NCBI RefSeq assembly: GCF_963921235.1
Contig: NC_086097.1
Coordinates: 7,564,001-7,628,000 of the forward strand
DNA length: 64,000 nt
From: Mobula hypostoma
Lineage: Eukaryota
Reading direction: 5' to 3'
Both the position numbers and the translations under genes were made by a program. Positions within the stretch are counted from its first letter, which is position 1. Each line of letters opens with the position of its first letter. The notes under the pieces were generated by a model. It was given only the letters and a program-made list of their open reading frames with translations. It was not told the origin of the DNA and made no database searches. Below, piece after piece: positions 25,827-38,364 of this stretch.

Positions 25827-27094
25827 ACACCAATACCTTACTTATGGTCTTAAAAACATTGTCAGATCCAGCACCAAGGTCCTGAAAGTTAACAGTTTTA
25901 CTTTGATAACAGTCAGTTCCTTTGAAGTTAATTGAACTCTGAAATTTGGTGCTATGTTGCAAACAAGCAAGTTTATTGCAACAAGTTGAGGACTAATGTT
26001 GTTCCATCATTTGCTAAATTAGTGGTGAATTGAGGCCCCTGCATTGGTTGGGGTCGCCCGTGGATGTAGTGTCCTAGCTGGCTATGCGATGTGCAAGCCT
26101 GGGCAGTACAATATGGACAGTAAGGTGTTGCACATATGGCGGGATCCTATCTCTCCATGCTGCTGATGAATCTAAAGGAACGGCAGAGACCAATACAGAT
26201 TGGCACCGGCAGCATTGCAGGAGTTGTCACTCAGCATTGAGCTCAATGTAGAACTGCCTTAGGAACTCCAGCTCTGGATTTTTCCTCTGGGTGTACTCCC
26301 AAAACCTTCCCCATTAGATGAATACAAATACAATATTCATGTATTTGCTTTAATTTCCGTGCTGGCACATTCAACATTAATCTAAATGCATGTTTCAATT
26401 AAATCGGTTGTTTCCCTTGTATGCTTTAATTCCCACTCCTGACTTTTATGAATAATTCCAGCATGTTTTCTAATTAGATCCCGTGGTTAATTTGCATCTT
26501 TTTTGAACCTCTGCAAATGCTGCTTTTGGAAAGTTTGGCTGTTGCTACTTTTGCGACTTTACCATACTGCCGGATCGTGCACCATTTTTTTGCAACCAGA
26601 TGTTCTTATTAGAAAAACAAGAGAAAGTAGGTTAAGAGATTTTTACTCAAGCAATGTTGCCACTCTTCAATTTAGCAAATACGTTAGGAAACAAGCAAGT
26701 TGCTCTGTCTTTGTTAAGTTCACAAAGATTTCTACAAGGGATATTATTCATCTGTCAGCCCTCGAGTTTTTAGCAATAAGTTTATCAACAAATTTCAGGC
26801 AGACTTGCAGATCCTGAACAAAATACAGTCAAAGGATTCTTTAGCAAATTAATTGGTTATGCATAAAATCTAGAAGAAAGAAAACTGAAATTAAAACAAG
26901 GAAATATTGCTGTCCTACAAAACTTTGTAGAATTATAGAATTACTAAGCCACAAAAAAGGCTATTTAGCCCATCAAGATTGTGCCAGTACCTAATGTAAC
27001 ATCCCCTTAGCACCATTACCCTATGCGTTCCCTACAGTCCTAAAAGATTTTTTCTCTCATGTGCCTTTAAGTTCCCGACTGAAAGATAAGACCC

Positions 27095-27830
27095 TTAACA
27101 ATGTTGCTGTGCAGATAGATCTTGGGGTCCAAGTTCATAGCTCCATGAAAATTCCTACTCAGGTCGATAGGGTAGTTAAGTAGCCTTATGGAATGCTTCC
27201 CTTTATTAGTCAGGAGTTCAAAAGTCAAGAGGTTATATTGCAACTTCATAGAACTCTGGTTAGGCCTCATCTGGAGCATTGTATACAGTTTTGGATGCCC
27301 CACTATAGGAAAGATGTTGAGGCTTTGAAGAGGGTATAGACGAGGTTTACCTGAATGCTGCCTGGTTTAGAGGGCACGTGCTTTCGAGAGAGGCTGGAAA
27401 AGCTTGGGTTGCTTTCTTTGTAGCCGTAGAGGCCGAGGGGAGATCTGATAGAGGTTTGGAAGATTATGAGAGGCATAGATGATTAACCAGGGAGCATCTT
27501 TGTCCAATGACAGAATGTCTAAAAGCAGAGGTCATACATTGAAGTTGAGAAGGGGTAGGTTCAAAAGTGATATGAGGAATACATTTTTTACTCAGAGAGT
27601 GGTGGATGCCTGGATTGCTCTGCCTGGTTTGGTGATAGAGGCAAATACATTAGAGGCTTTTCGGAGACATTTGGATAGGTACATTAATGTGAGGAAGATG
27701 AGGGATATTGACATGGTGTAGGTGGGAAGGACTAGTGTTTAGGTTTTTTAAAATTTACTTCTTAGCTGGTTCTGCACAACATTGTAGGCCACAATGCTTG
27801 TTCCTGTACTATACTGTTCTATGTTCTGTA
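27095..27830 (+). mobile_element. CR1 3' fragment
   Basis: RGHTLKL...FFTQRVVDAW; ttctatgttct tail. Confidence 0.82.
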
Positions 27831-28184
27831 TGATTATTTTCACTGTATTTAAGGCAGAGAGTTGCAGGAGATATAGCTTTAGATGCATAATATTATTCTC
27901 CTCATATCCCTTCTATCAACTGTCCAAAACTTTAAAACTGCAGAGAGTTGAAAACTCAGTCAGCTTCATCATAGGCACTAGCCTCCATAGTATCTGGAGT
28001 ATCTTCAAGGAATGGTGCCTGAAAAATACTATTATGTATTGCATTGTACAACTGCCACAAAGTCAACAAATTTCACGACATATGCCAGTGATATTAAACC
28101 TGAATCTGATTCTTAAATAATGGTAATGGAAACAGCTTCCCATATTTACCCAATCTAAGAGTCCTAATTTTATACGAAATGGAG

Positions 28185-28390
28185 ACACAAGAGATTTCAG
28201 ATGCTGGATTCCAGAGAAACAAATAATCTGCTGGAAAAACTTAATAGGTTAAGCAGTATCTGTGGGAGCACAGGAACTGTTGACACCTTGGGTCAAAATC
28301 CTATGTAAGACCAAAATGTTGACAATTCTTTTCCTCTCACAGATGCTGCTTGACCTGCTGAGTTCCTCCAGAAGATTGCTTGTTGCTCAT
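28185..28390. mobile_element. Penelope-derived fold-back insertion (divergent subfamily)
   Basis: aatctgctggaaaaact...gcagtatctgtggga mirrored by tctcacagatgctgcttgacctgctgagttcctccagaagatt. Confidence 0.6.
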
Positions 28391-28491
28391 GACTTTTTGG
28401 GCCACAATAACATCTACTTTTTTCACCCTAGGTATGACCAAATCTTGGTCATATGCCAACCAATTAATTATTAATTAGAGCGATTCATTTT

Positions 28492-28836
28492 AGGTGGTGG
28501 AGTGGTGATATATCTCTACCAAAGGAGGAGTGAGGAGCTGCAACTCACCCTTGGGCAAGTTGTCGTATCCTCTTAGCCCCCCAGTCAGGGTCACGTGAAG
28601 ACATGGGAGCTGGTGTTCTATGGTCGTATGAGCAGCTGGTGCATATCACAAGTCCTGGTTATGCGACCACTGATGCCAGGCAGCCAAACTCGGAAGAGTA
28701 TTCATACTGGCAGGGATCTCCCACCTTGTAAAGGACACTGCTCAGAAGAAGGCAATGCCAAACCACTTGTGTAGAAAAAATTTCCAAGGACAGTCATCGT
28801 CTTGGAAAGACCATCATTACCCACATCATATGATTG
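28492..28836 (+). mobile_element. Non-autonomous retroposon family B (RTE/BovB-like 3' motif)
   Basis: Copies at 49336-49695 and 61860-62216; share cagggtcacatgaag, gcgaccactgatgccaggcag, gaaggcaatg(g)caaaccact. Confidence 0.6.
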
Positions 28837-28968
28837 AATGTTTGAAGGCAAAATCCTTACAGAAATAGTGTCTCAATCAACCTGCTTTCTAACCACCAAG
28901 ACTCTTTCTGACCTATTCTTGGATCCTTCCCCTTCCAAATTTTTACTCTATTTGCTCTGACAGGATTA

Positions 28969-29640
28969 ACACACACAACATGCTGGAGGAACTCAGGAAG
29001 TCAGGCAACATTTATGGAAATGAATAAACAGTTGATGTTTCGGGCTGAGACCTTTCATCAGGACTGTCTTATGGTCTTATGGACTGGAAAGGAAGGGGGA
29101 AAACACAGAAATGAAGGGCAGGGGAAGGGGAAGGAGCATAGCTGGAAGGTGATAGGTGAAGCCATGTGGTTGGGAAAGTGAAAGGACTGGAGAGGAATGC
29201 ATCTGATTGGAAAGGAGAGCAGACCATAGGAGAAAGGGAAGGAGGAGGGGCACCCAGGGGAGGTGATCGACAGGCGAGAAGAGTTGAGAGGCCAGAGTGG
29301 GGAATAGAAGAAGAGGGGAAGGGGAGAGAATCTTTTTTAACTGGAAGGAGAAATCGATATTCATGCCATCAGGTTGGAGGCTACCCAGATGGAATATAAG
29401 GTACTGCTGCTCCACCCTGAGGATGGCCTCTTTTGGCACAAAAGGAATGTGAGAAAAAGAATGAGAATTGGAATTAAAATGTTTGGTTACAAGGAATTTC
29501 ACCTTTTGGCAGATGGAGTGGAGGTGCTTGACAAAGCAGTCCCCCAACTTACGACGGGTCTCACCAATGGAGAGCAGCCCACATAGGGAGCATTGGGACA
29601 CATAGACAACCCAAGCAGATTCACAGGTAAAGCGTTGCCT
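28969..29640 (-). mobile_element. Penelope-like element 3' part: GIY-YIG endonuclease remnant plus pLTR with hammerhead motif
   Basis: ORF 29077..29661 VVYVSQCSLCGLLSIGETRRKLGDCFVKHL...KHFNS; pyrimidine-rich 3' UTR; minus strand agtc-CTGATGA...GAAA-C-ATC at ~29030-29065. Confidence 0.8.
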
Positions 29641-29789
29641 CCATCCCACCTTCCAGGTCATGCTCTATTCTCATCTCTACCATCAGGTAGGAGACAGAGG
29701 AAACCTGTGACTGGTCCCACAACACCAGGTTCAGGAACACCTATTACCCTACAACCCTCAGACTCCTGAACCAGTGTTCATACACCACA

Positions 29790-30580
29790 ACTAGTGTGGG
29801 GAAGTGTTTGAACATACATTTCGGTAGAAAGGATAAAAGCTAGGGTTTTTTTTTTCTAAACAGCTAGAAAATTCAAAGATCAAAGGTGCAAAGCAAAAAA
29901 ACTTGGGAGTCCTTGTGCAGGATCTCCTAAAGGTTAACTTGCAGGTTGAGTCAGTGATGAGGAAAGCAAATGCAATATTAGCATTCATTTCGAGAGGACT
30001 AGAATATAAGAGCAAGGATGAAATGCTGAGGCTTTATAAGGCATTGGGCAGGTTGTACTTGGAGTATTGTCAGCAGTTTTGGGCCCCTTATTGATGAAAA
30101 GATGTGCTGGCCTTGGAGAGGGTCCAGAAGAGGTTCACGAGAATTATTCCAGGAATGAAAAGGTTAATATATGAGGCATGTTTGATGGCACTGGGCCTAT
30201 ACTTGCCATTTTTTGGAGAAGGATCTCCTATTGAATTGGATCCTATTGAATACTGAAAGGCCTAGATGGAGTGGATGCGGGCAGAGGGGACAGCCTCAGA
30301 ATTGGGGCATGTCCATTTAGAGCAGACATGAGGATCTTTCTCAGTCAGATAGTGATGAATCTGTGGAATTCATTGCCACAGATGTTTGTGAAGGCCAAGT
30401 CAATGAATATATTTAAAGTGGAGGTTGACGGGCTCTTGATTAGTCAGAGTATCAAGTGTTATGGGGAGAAAGCAGGAAAATTGGATTGAGAAGAATAATA
30501 AATCAGCCATAATAGAATGGCAGAGTAGCCTTGATAGGAGGAAGAATGGCCTAATTTGGCTCCTAAGTCTTATGGTCTAA
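29790..30580 (+). mobile_element. CR1 3' fragment
   Basis: KANAILAFISRG...LEYCQQFWAPY; tcttatggtct tail. Confidence 0.82.
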
Positions 30581-30649
30581 ACTACAGAAATGAGGTCCAG
30601 AGACTTCATCCCTGGTAGAGGAAAGGTTTTTGCTTAGAAGATGTATGAA

Positions 30650-30862
30650 GTTGTGCAGAGAAGGCTGCACATACTTGGAAGCTGCAGGTCCCATAAAGCG
30701 GAAGAGAGGCTGGCCAAAGAATACTTAGCATTCTGACATTGAAGTTGACATCAAGAAGGTGGGCTACACCTGGGGACAACTGGAAAGACTGGCCCATGAC
30801 AGAGGACTCCAGCGAGTTGATTTTGGTGGCCATGCCCTAGAATGGTGTTGGGCTTAACTAAT
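30650..30862 (+). mobile_element. RTE-clade LINE 3' fragment (different family)
   Basis: KRGWPKNT...DIKKVGYTWGQLERLAHDRG. Confidence 0.6.
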
Positions 30863-31134
30863 TATATCTCTTCCCTTTACAAATCTGTCACTTTGATTGA
30901 CCTAATATTTTGTCAGTGCCTATTTCTGGCTGACTGTATTTCAGTTAATAACATTTTCCTGTGTACAAACATTAGATGCTAGGAAGTTGTTGCTGTTGAA
31001 AGACCGATTATCTGATTCATGATTCTGCATATAAAAAGTACTTCACACAAGGTTTCCCAGCCTGTTTATATAAATAAACACAGAGGAATCCAGGCAGTAT
31101 CATTTTAACAAGACCTTTCAAGAATAGAATACCT

Positions 31135-31385
31135 ACTAAGTAGCTTCTGAAGTTCTGACTTCCCCACCTACCCAGTCAACATTAAGTTCTCAATCAAAAC
31201 CATTTAAAAGCAATTAACTGGTCGTTTTCTCAGCACCAGTTTTGAGACCTTGCTACAGGCAAGTTGGCTGCTGTGTCTGGCTAGGAAGCAGTAACGGCTG
31301 TAATTCAGAAGTAAATCAAAAGGTAATTCATTGCCTCTAAAGTACCTGGGGATTCCCTGTGGCTGTAAAACATGCAAATATGAGC
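31135..31385 (+). mobile_element. Ancient Deu-domain SINE remnant (AmnSINE1/SacSINE1-like)
   Basis: aattaactggtcgtt...accttgct...aagttggctgctgtgt...caaaaggtaattcattgcctctaaagtacctgggga follows the remembered DeuSINE 3' consensus. Confidence 0.5.
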
Positions 31386-31926
31386 AGGTTACGTCTTTCA
31401 CCTGCTGTCAGAGTGCTTTGTGTGCAAGAGGAAACAGTGCAGGGAGCATATTTAATTTATTTAATTTGACAAGGTCTCCAATGGACTGGGAGCATGATGG
31501 CTCTGTACTTAGGAAAGCAGGTTTCTAATTTCAAGCTTCACATCTGCACGGAAACCGAACTGGAAGCCATCTTTACTGAAACAATTGCACTGGAAAAGAG
31601 TGTAGCCATTTTATTTTACTTTCTCAAATTCACTTGAGGTGTCTGCCAGCATCTACATGGGACAGAATTTCAAATAAAATAAAACCTTTCATCTCAATTT
31701 CTTCAAATACTTTCAATCATTAAATGGGAGCCAAATTGCCCTTTTGATTTGCTGCCTGTTTATGAGGTATAAGATTCTTAAACCAGTCATCTAATTCATG
31801 TATTTAAACAATTAAAGAAGTCTTATTGTGCTTATAAATGTTAATTACTATGCCAGTACTGAATAAATACATAATTACTAAATAGAAGGGTTGTCTCATT
31901 TCTATTGATAGCCCTCAAGTGTTGTA

Positions 31927-32127
31927 GCTCTTCAAAACAGAAAATTTTCTTCTATTTAAAATCTCTTTTTTTCTGGTATGAAGTGTTTATTATGACCTGA
32001 TCGAACATGTTAATACTACATCTTTTTACCTACGATTGCTCTTCAAAACAGAAAGTTTTTTTTCTATTTAGAATACTTTTATTCCAAGCATGAAGTATTT
32101 ACCATGATCTGATCAAACAAGTTAATG
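31927..32127. repeat. Diverged tandem duplication, 111-bp period
   Basis: gctcttcaaaacagaaa...ttctattta...atgaagt.ttta...tga.ctgatc.aaca.gttaat occurs twice (31927, 32038). Confidence 0.8.
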
Positions 32128-32894
32128 TAATTCTGTTACCTTAGATGTGTTTCAGAGAGTTTCAAATCTTCAAAACAAAGCTGGAAACAGATTCCAAAAG
32201 ATGAAATCCCAAAAGCAATGTGATATCAACACAAAGTGAGATAAAAGGTGGCATCCTAGTGCATCTCACTGGATCAATATGTTTCAGATACAGTATCTAA
32301 CAATACAAAGGATATTAAGGCAATCCTCAAATTCAAAGTTGCTTGCAATGGTATTCTCATAAGGTAAGCACCAAAGATAAGGCAATAGCAGAGAAGCATT
32401 TTACGCTCATCAGTATTATGTGATTGAAAATTGACTTTTCCCATGAGTTAATCAAAATAGTAACCGCTTCAAGGAAATGTGAAACACTCAGAAAGCTTGG
32501 CTGGGTATTTCCCAACAGAATTTAATGGGATAGCATTATTCTCCATGACACAATTGTCTTGGGGGTATTGCGGTTGACTTGGACAATTTTGACGGAACAG
32601 CACCCATTTTTGATCAAGTACTACTTGACTCCTGAAATTCTGACCTTAAATCTTAAAACTTAAATCTTTGCCTTCTCATGTAAAACTAAACCTTCTTTTC
32701 AAACAATCCCCCAGTCACCAGTTGGCTTGTAACTTTTTCCCAATTTCCCTGCCTCTCTTTCTGCTTCTGCCCTTCAATCACAGAGGCCCAACAATAACAT
32801 TCAAAGTATAAAAGTCCTTATTTCCCACATTAACATAGTACTGTTAAAGCAAGCAAAGCACCTGATGAATTACTACACCTATGGTATTCTGAAG

Positions 32895-33079
32895 CAGTGG
32901 TCCCCAACCACCGGGCCGTGAGGAAACAATATGACTTGGCAATATGAATCCATATGAGTCAGCTGCACATTTCCTCATTCCCTGTCACGCCCACTGTTGA
33001 ACTTGAACGCACGCGAGGTCCGCAAGAATATTGTCAATATTAAACCGGTCCGTGGTGCACAAAAGGTTGGGGACCCCTG
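32895..33079. mobile_element. hAT (Charlie-like) MITE
   Basis: TIRs cagtggtccccaacc / ggttggggacccctg; 8-bp flanks ttctgaag / ttcaaaag (6 of 8 match). Confidence 0.8.
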
Positions 33080-33206
33080 TTCAAAAGGACTCTGTAAGGT
33101 GCTCTTGAAATTTTAGGTAATTGCTGTGTTGGTGATAATGGAGAACAGTGCCTTTAGTAGATAATTGCATGATATAATAGCACATTTCCATTTTATTCGC
33201 ACATTT

Positions 33207-33893
33207 AAGGTGGCACGACGCAACTCACAGCAGCCACTCTGGTGGTGGGTGATGCCTGCTATTTGTCAAGTAGGATGCCGTGCCCAATCCTGATTTGATG
33301 GAGATGGACGTGAGAGCACGGAGGAACATCAGATGAAACTTCTGAAATAACTGCTTCGCTGCTGCTGCTAGTGTGTGGTCCAGAATCTCTGGAGGAGAAG
33401 GGCCGAGTCCTCGGCTTTGCTTGTTGCTTGGTGGCCAGGGCAGGGTCGAAGCGCTCAGCAGAGGATGGTGCTCGGAGAGGCTGTGTCAGAGGGGTTGGTC
33501 GGAGGCTTGAAGTTTTCGGACGGACTCAGAGTCCACTGCGGTCGGGTGCTTCCAATAGTGCTGCATCGGCAAGTTAGCAGCGCTTGGAGGTTCATGGCAG
33601 GGAGAGTTCCTCCCTTCTGCCGCCTGTGTGAGATGATGAGTCTATTGGGACTTTGAGACTTTCTTTTACCGTGCCCATGGTCTGCTCTTTATCAAATTAT
33701 GGTATTGCTTTGCACTGTTGTAACTATATATTATAATTATGTGGTTTTGTCAGTTTTAGTCTTGGTTTGTCCTGTGTTTTCTTGTGATATCATTCTGGAG
33801 GAATGTTGTATCATTTTTTAATACATGCATCTTTAAATGACAATAAACGAGGACTGAGTGTCCTCATAATCTAATCTAATAATCTAATCTAAT
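33207..33893 (+). mobile_element. Non-coding retroposon family C with (ATCTA)n tail
   Basis: Collinear copy at 52554-53199; 3' fragment at ~18520-18655; aataaa then cctcat(aatct)n. Confidence 0.75.
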
Positions 33894-34067
33894 ATTCTCT
33901 GCTCATGGACTGTTTGTCCCACTCCCATTAGGAAGGAAGCTACATAGTATCCACACCAGGACCAACAGACTGAAAAACAGTTACTTTCCCCAAGCAGGAA
34001 GACTGATTAACACCTCGATCTACTAATCCATCATTCCACATCCCCAACCATCACTACTTCATCATTT

Positions 34068-35930
34068 CCATAAGACCATAAGATTTTGGAGCAGAATTAG
34101 GCCAGTTGGCCCATCACGTCTTTCTGCCATTTCATCATGGCTGATCCAATTTTCCTCTCAGTCCCAATCTCCTGCTTTCTCCCCACATAACTTCATGCCT
34201 GACCAATAAGAATCTATCAAAATCTGCCTTAAACATATAAAAAGACCTGGCCTCCAAAGCTGCCCATGGCAATGAATTCCACAGATTCACCACCCTCCTT
34301 ATCTCTATTCTAAAAGGACCCCCCTCTGCTTTGTGGCTGTGTCCTCTGGTCTTAGACTTTCCCACCATAGGAAACATTATCTCCACATCAAATCTATCAA
34401 AGCCTTTCACTATTCAATGAGGTCATCACTGATTCTTCCGAATTCTAGTGAATACAGGCCACGAGCCATCAAATGCTCTTCATATGAACCATCTCCAATT
34501 TCAACATATCCTTTCTAAGATAAGGGGACCAAAACTGCTCACAATACTCCAAGTGAGAATTCACCAGAGCTTTATAAAGTTTCAAAACTACATCCTTGGT
34601 TTTAAGTTCTCATCCTCTTAAAATGAATGGTAACATTGCATTTGCCTTCCTCAGCACAGACATAATCTGCGAATTAACCTTTAAGGAACGCTGCACAACG
34701 ACTCCCAAATCTCTTGGCACTTCAGTGATTTTTGTACTTTCTCTCCATTCAGAAAATAGTCAACCCTTTCATTTCTTCCACCAAAGTGAATGACCATACA
34801 CTTCCCAGCACTCTTATTCCATTTGCCATTTCTTTGCCCTTTTTCCTAATCTGCCTTAGTCCTCCTGTAACCTTTCTACTCCAAACTATCTGCCCCTCCA
34901 CCTATTTTCATAACGCCTGCAGACTTTGCAACAAAGCCATCAATTCCATCATCCAAATCATTGATATATAACGTAAAAGTATCAGCCCCAACACTAACCG
35001 CTGTGGAACTCCACTAGTCACAAGCAGACAGTCAGAAAAGTCTCTCTTTATTTGCCTCCTATTATTTACCACTATTTGACTCCTGCCAATCAGCCACTGC
35101 TTTATGCATGCTAGGATCTTTCCTGTAATACCATGTACTTGCAGTTTGTTAAGCAGCCTCATGTGTGTCATCTTGTCAAAGGCCTTCTGAAAATCCAAGT
35201 ACACAACATCAACAAATTCTCAATTGTCTATCCTGCTTGTTATTTCTTCAGTGAATTCCAACAGATTTGTCAGGCAATCTGTTGAGGAAACCATACTGAT
35301 TACGGCTCTGACACCTCATCGTTAATAGTTAACTCCAACATCTTCCCAACCACTGAGGTCAGACAAACTGGCCTATAGTTTCCTTTTTTCTGCTTCTCTC
35401 TTCTTGGAGAGTGGAGTGATATTTGCAACTTTCCAGTCTTCCGGAATCATTCCAGATTCTACTCCCCTCTTTCAGAACTCTACAGTGCACAACATCTGAA
35501 CCAGGTGACTTATCTCCCTTCAGACTTTTCAGTTTCCAAGGAACATACTGTATCTAGTTATGGTAACATCACACACTTCCCTGACTCATGGAACTTCCAC
35601 CGTATAGCTAGTATCTTCCATAATGCAGACTGATACTAAATACTTATTCAGTTCATCTGCCATTTTGTTGTCCCCCATTAATAACTCTTCAGCATCGTTG
35701 TCAATGGTCCAATATCCACTCTCACCTCTTTTACACTTCATAGATCTGTGGCAACTTTTGGTATCCTCTTTCATATTATTGAATCGCTTACTTTCGTACT
35801 CCATCTTTATCTTTTTAATGACTTTATTAGCTGCCTTCTGTTGGCTTTAAAAGCTTCCCAGTCCTCTAACTTCCCAATTTTTTGTTCTATTATATACACT
35901 CTATTTGGTTTTTATGTTGGCTTTGACTTC
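34068..35930 (-). mobile_element. Decayed CR1 ORF2 fragment (~1.9 kb)
   Basis: YLDFQKAFDK, VTSGVPQ, RVVNLWNSLP in broken frames; cataagac tail. Confidence 0.82.
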
Positions 35931-36139
35931 CTCTCAGACTCCTTATATACAGACATTCTTGTGCCTAGTGTCACTTAGTGGACATGCAATCAATCTATGT
36001 ACAGTATATAAGCTATCTTGTGTATTTATATTTATTGTTTTTATTATGTTCTTTAGTCTACTGAGTTTTTTGTGCTGTATCAGATCTATTTTGATCTTAT
36101 TCACACTTATTCAAGTTCAAGTTTATTGTCATTGGACTG

Positions 36140-36850
36140 TACCTTGAAGAATGCAGTAGAACAGAGGGATCTAGGAATAATGGTGCATAGTTCCCTGAAG
36201 GTGGAATCCCATGTAGATAGGGTGGTGAAGAAAGCTTTTGGTTTGCTGGCCTTTATTAATCAGAGTATTGAGTATAGGAGTTGGGATGTAATGTTGAAAT
36301 TGTATAAGGCATTGGTAAGGCCAAATTTCGAGTATTGTCACCGAATTATAGGAAAGATGTCAATAGAATTGAGAGAGTACAGAGGAGATTTACTAAAATG
36401 TTGCCTGGGTTTCATCTCCTAAGTTACAGAGAAAGGTTGAACAAGTTAGGTCTTCATTCTTTGGAGCGTAGAAGAGGACTTGATAGAGGTACTTAAAATT
36501 ATGAGGGGGATAGATAGAGTTGACGTGGATAGGCTTTTTCCATTGAGAGTGTGGGAGATTCAAACAAGAGAAAATCAGTTGAGAGTTAAAGGGCAAAAGT
36601 TTAGGGGTAACATGAGGGGGAACTTCTTTACTCAGAGTGGTAACTGTGTGGAACGAGCTTCCAGCAGATGTGGTCGAGGCAGGTTTGATGTTGTCATTTA
36701 AAGTTAAATTGGATAGCTATATAGATGGGAAAGGAATGGAGGGTTATAGGCTGAGTGCAGGTCGGTGGGACTAGGTGAGAGTAAGAGTCCGGCACAGACT
36801 AGAAGGGCCGAGATGGCCTGTTTCTGTTCTGTAATTGTTATATGGTGTAT
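36140..36850 (+). mobile_element. CR1 3' fragment (same subfamily as the tail at 1-92)
   Basis: QRDLG...LVRPNFEYC; 3' end ggcacagactagaagggccgagatggcctgtttc shared with 1-92. Confidence 0.85.
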
Positions 36851-38364
36851 ATATATATTCACAACTGGATGAAACAATGTTCCTCCGGTCCACCGTGCAT
36901 CTACAAAACATATGTCATGCACAGCGGCTAAAACAAAATATTACCACAAATAAGTTAATAAAATATAATTTAAAGTGCATCTCAATCAGGCAGCACAGGT
37001 AAACAATAAACAGTAAATAGCTCACTGTCCGAGTGACAAAACCTTCGTGGCAGGGTATTCATTAGCCTGAAGAAAGAAACTGTTATCCAGTCTGGCAGTT
37101 CTAGTCCTGATGCTCCTGTACCTCCTTTCTGATGGTAGAGAGTCAAAGAGATTGTAGGATGGGTGGTAGGGATCCTCAACAATACTTTGAGCACTTTCAT
37201 GGACTGGAAATGATACTAAACAATCTTGAACCTAGATTATGGAATATACTGCTTCAGAAGTTTAGTTCCATTTATGCATTGTTACAGTATCTGAAACATA
37301 TTGATCCAGTCAAAACATCAGATGCATTAACTTGCCAGATTTTATTTCACTTTGCATTGATACCATCTTTGGAAAACTCTTTTGAGGATCTAAAACTCTC
37401 TGAATCCCAAGGTAAAAGAAAATTATTTTATCATGTTTGCTCAGGCCATGGTAGATATTTCATGCCTGGAACAAACAAAAGTTAAGTAGAAAAGAAAAAC
37501 TAAAACTTATGTCTTGAAGAGCTGCAACAATATTTGAGATCTATTACTGGATATCCACCACTTCTTATATGTAGTGGCTATGAATTTATTTAGTACAGAC
37601 AAAGTAATTAATATTTATAAATATGAATCAGAATCAGGTTTAATATAACTGGCAAATGTCATGAAATTTGTTGTTTTGTAGCAGCAGTACGTTGCAATAC
37701 ATCATGATAAAAAGCTAAGTTACAATAAGAAATAGCTATATTTAAAAAAATAGTGCAATAGAGGGCAAATAAAGAAATATTGAGGTTATGTTCAAAGGTT
37801 CAGTATCTATTTAGAAACCTAATGGTGGAGGGGAAGAAGCTGTTCCTGAATCATTGAGTATATGCCTTCAGGTACAATGATAGTATCAATGGAAAGAGGA
37901 CCTGTCTGGGTGGTGAGGGCCTTACTGATGGAGACAATCTGGTTTTAGTACTGAATACCTAGTGAATTTCATGACTGAACTACAGAAAATAATGCAATAT
38001 TACATGTTTTGTCAGATCCAGATTTATTTGTCAGTGTACATCAAAACATACTGTGAAATGTGCCATTTGCACTAACAACCAACACACCCATCTTAAGGCA
38101 CCAATAACCTGCCTTTGCCAATTTTCCTGTCAGTAGAAATGGTTCCATCAGGATTAGTAGCTAAGCCGCACATGAAGGACAGGAGCCTAACCTAACCTAA
38201 ACCCTGAACTTACGCCTAACTCCCTGTGCTGTCCTCAAAATTAATTATTTTGTGCATGAAACTTTGGGATTAAAATGATTTTAAACTGAAATAATTGTCC
38301 CTATTTTGTGAGGTTTTTCAATAATTACCTTAATAAGGGATATTTAGTATTTACTTACAGCTTG

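Noticed and set aside
31975..32115. Tandem C/D-box snoRNAs (atgaag...ctga)
   Set aside because: No proper RUGAUGA box or terminal stem, and the spacing is too short
33371..33656. Related short ORFs here and at 52626-53052 as a gene family
   Set aside because: They lie inside family C repeats, and frames and starts are not conserved between copies
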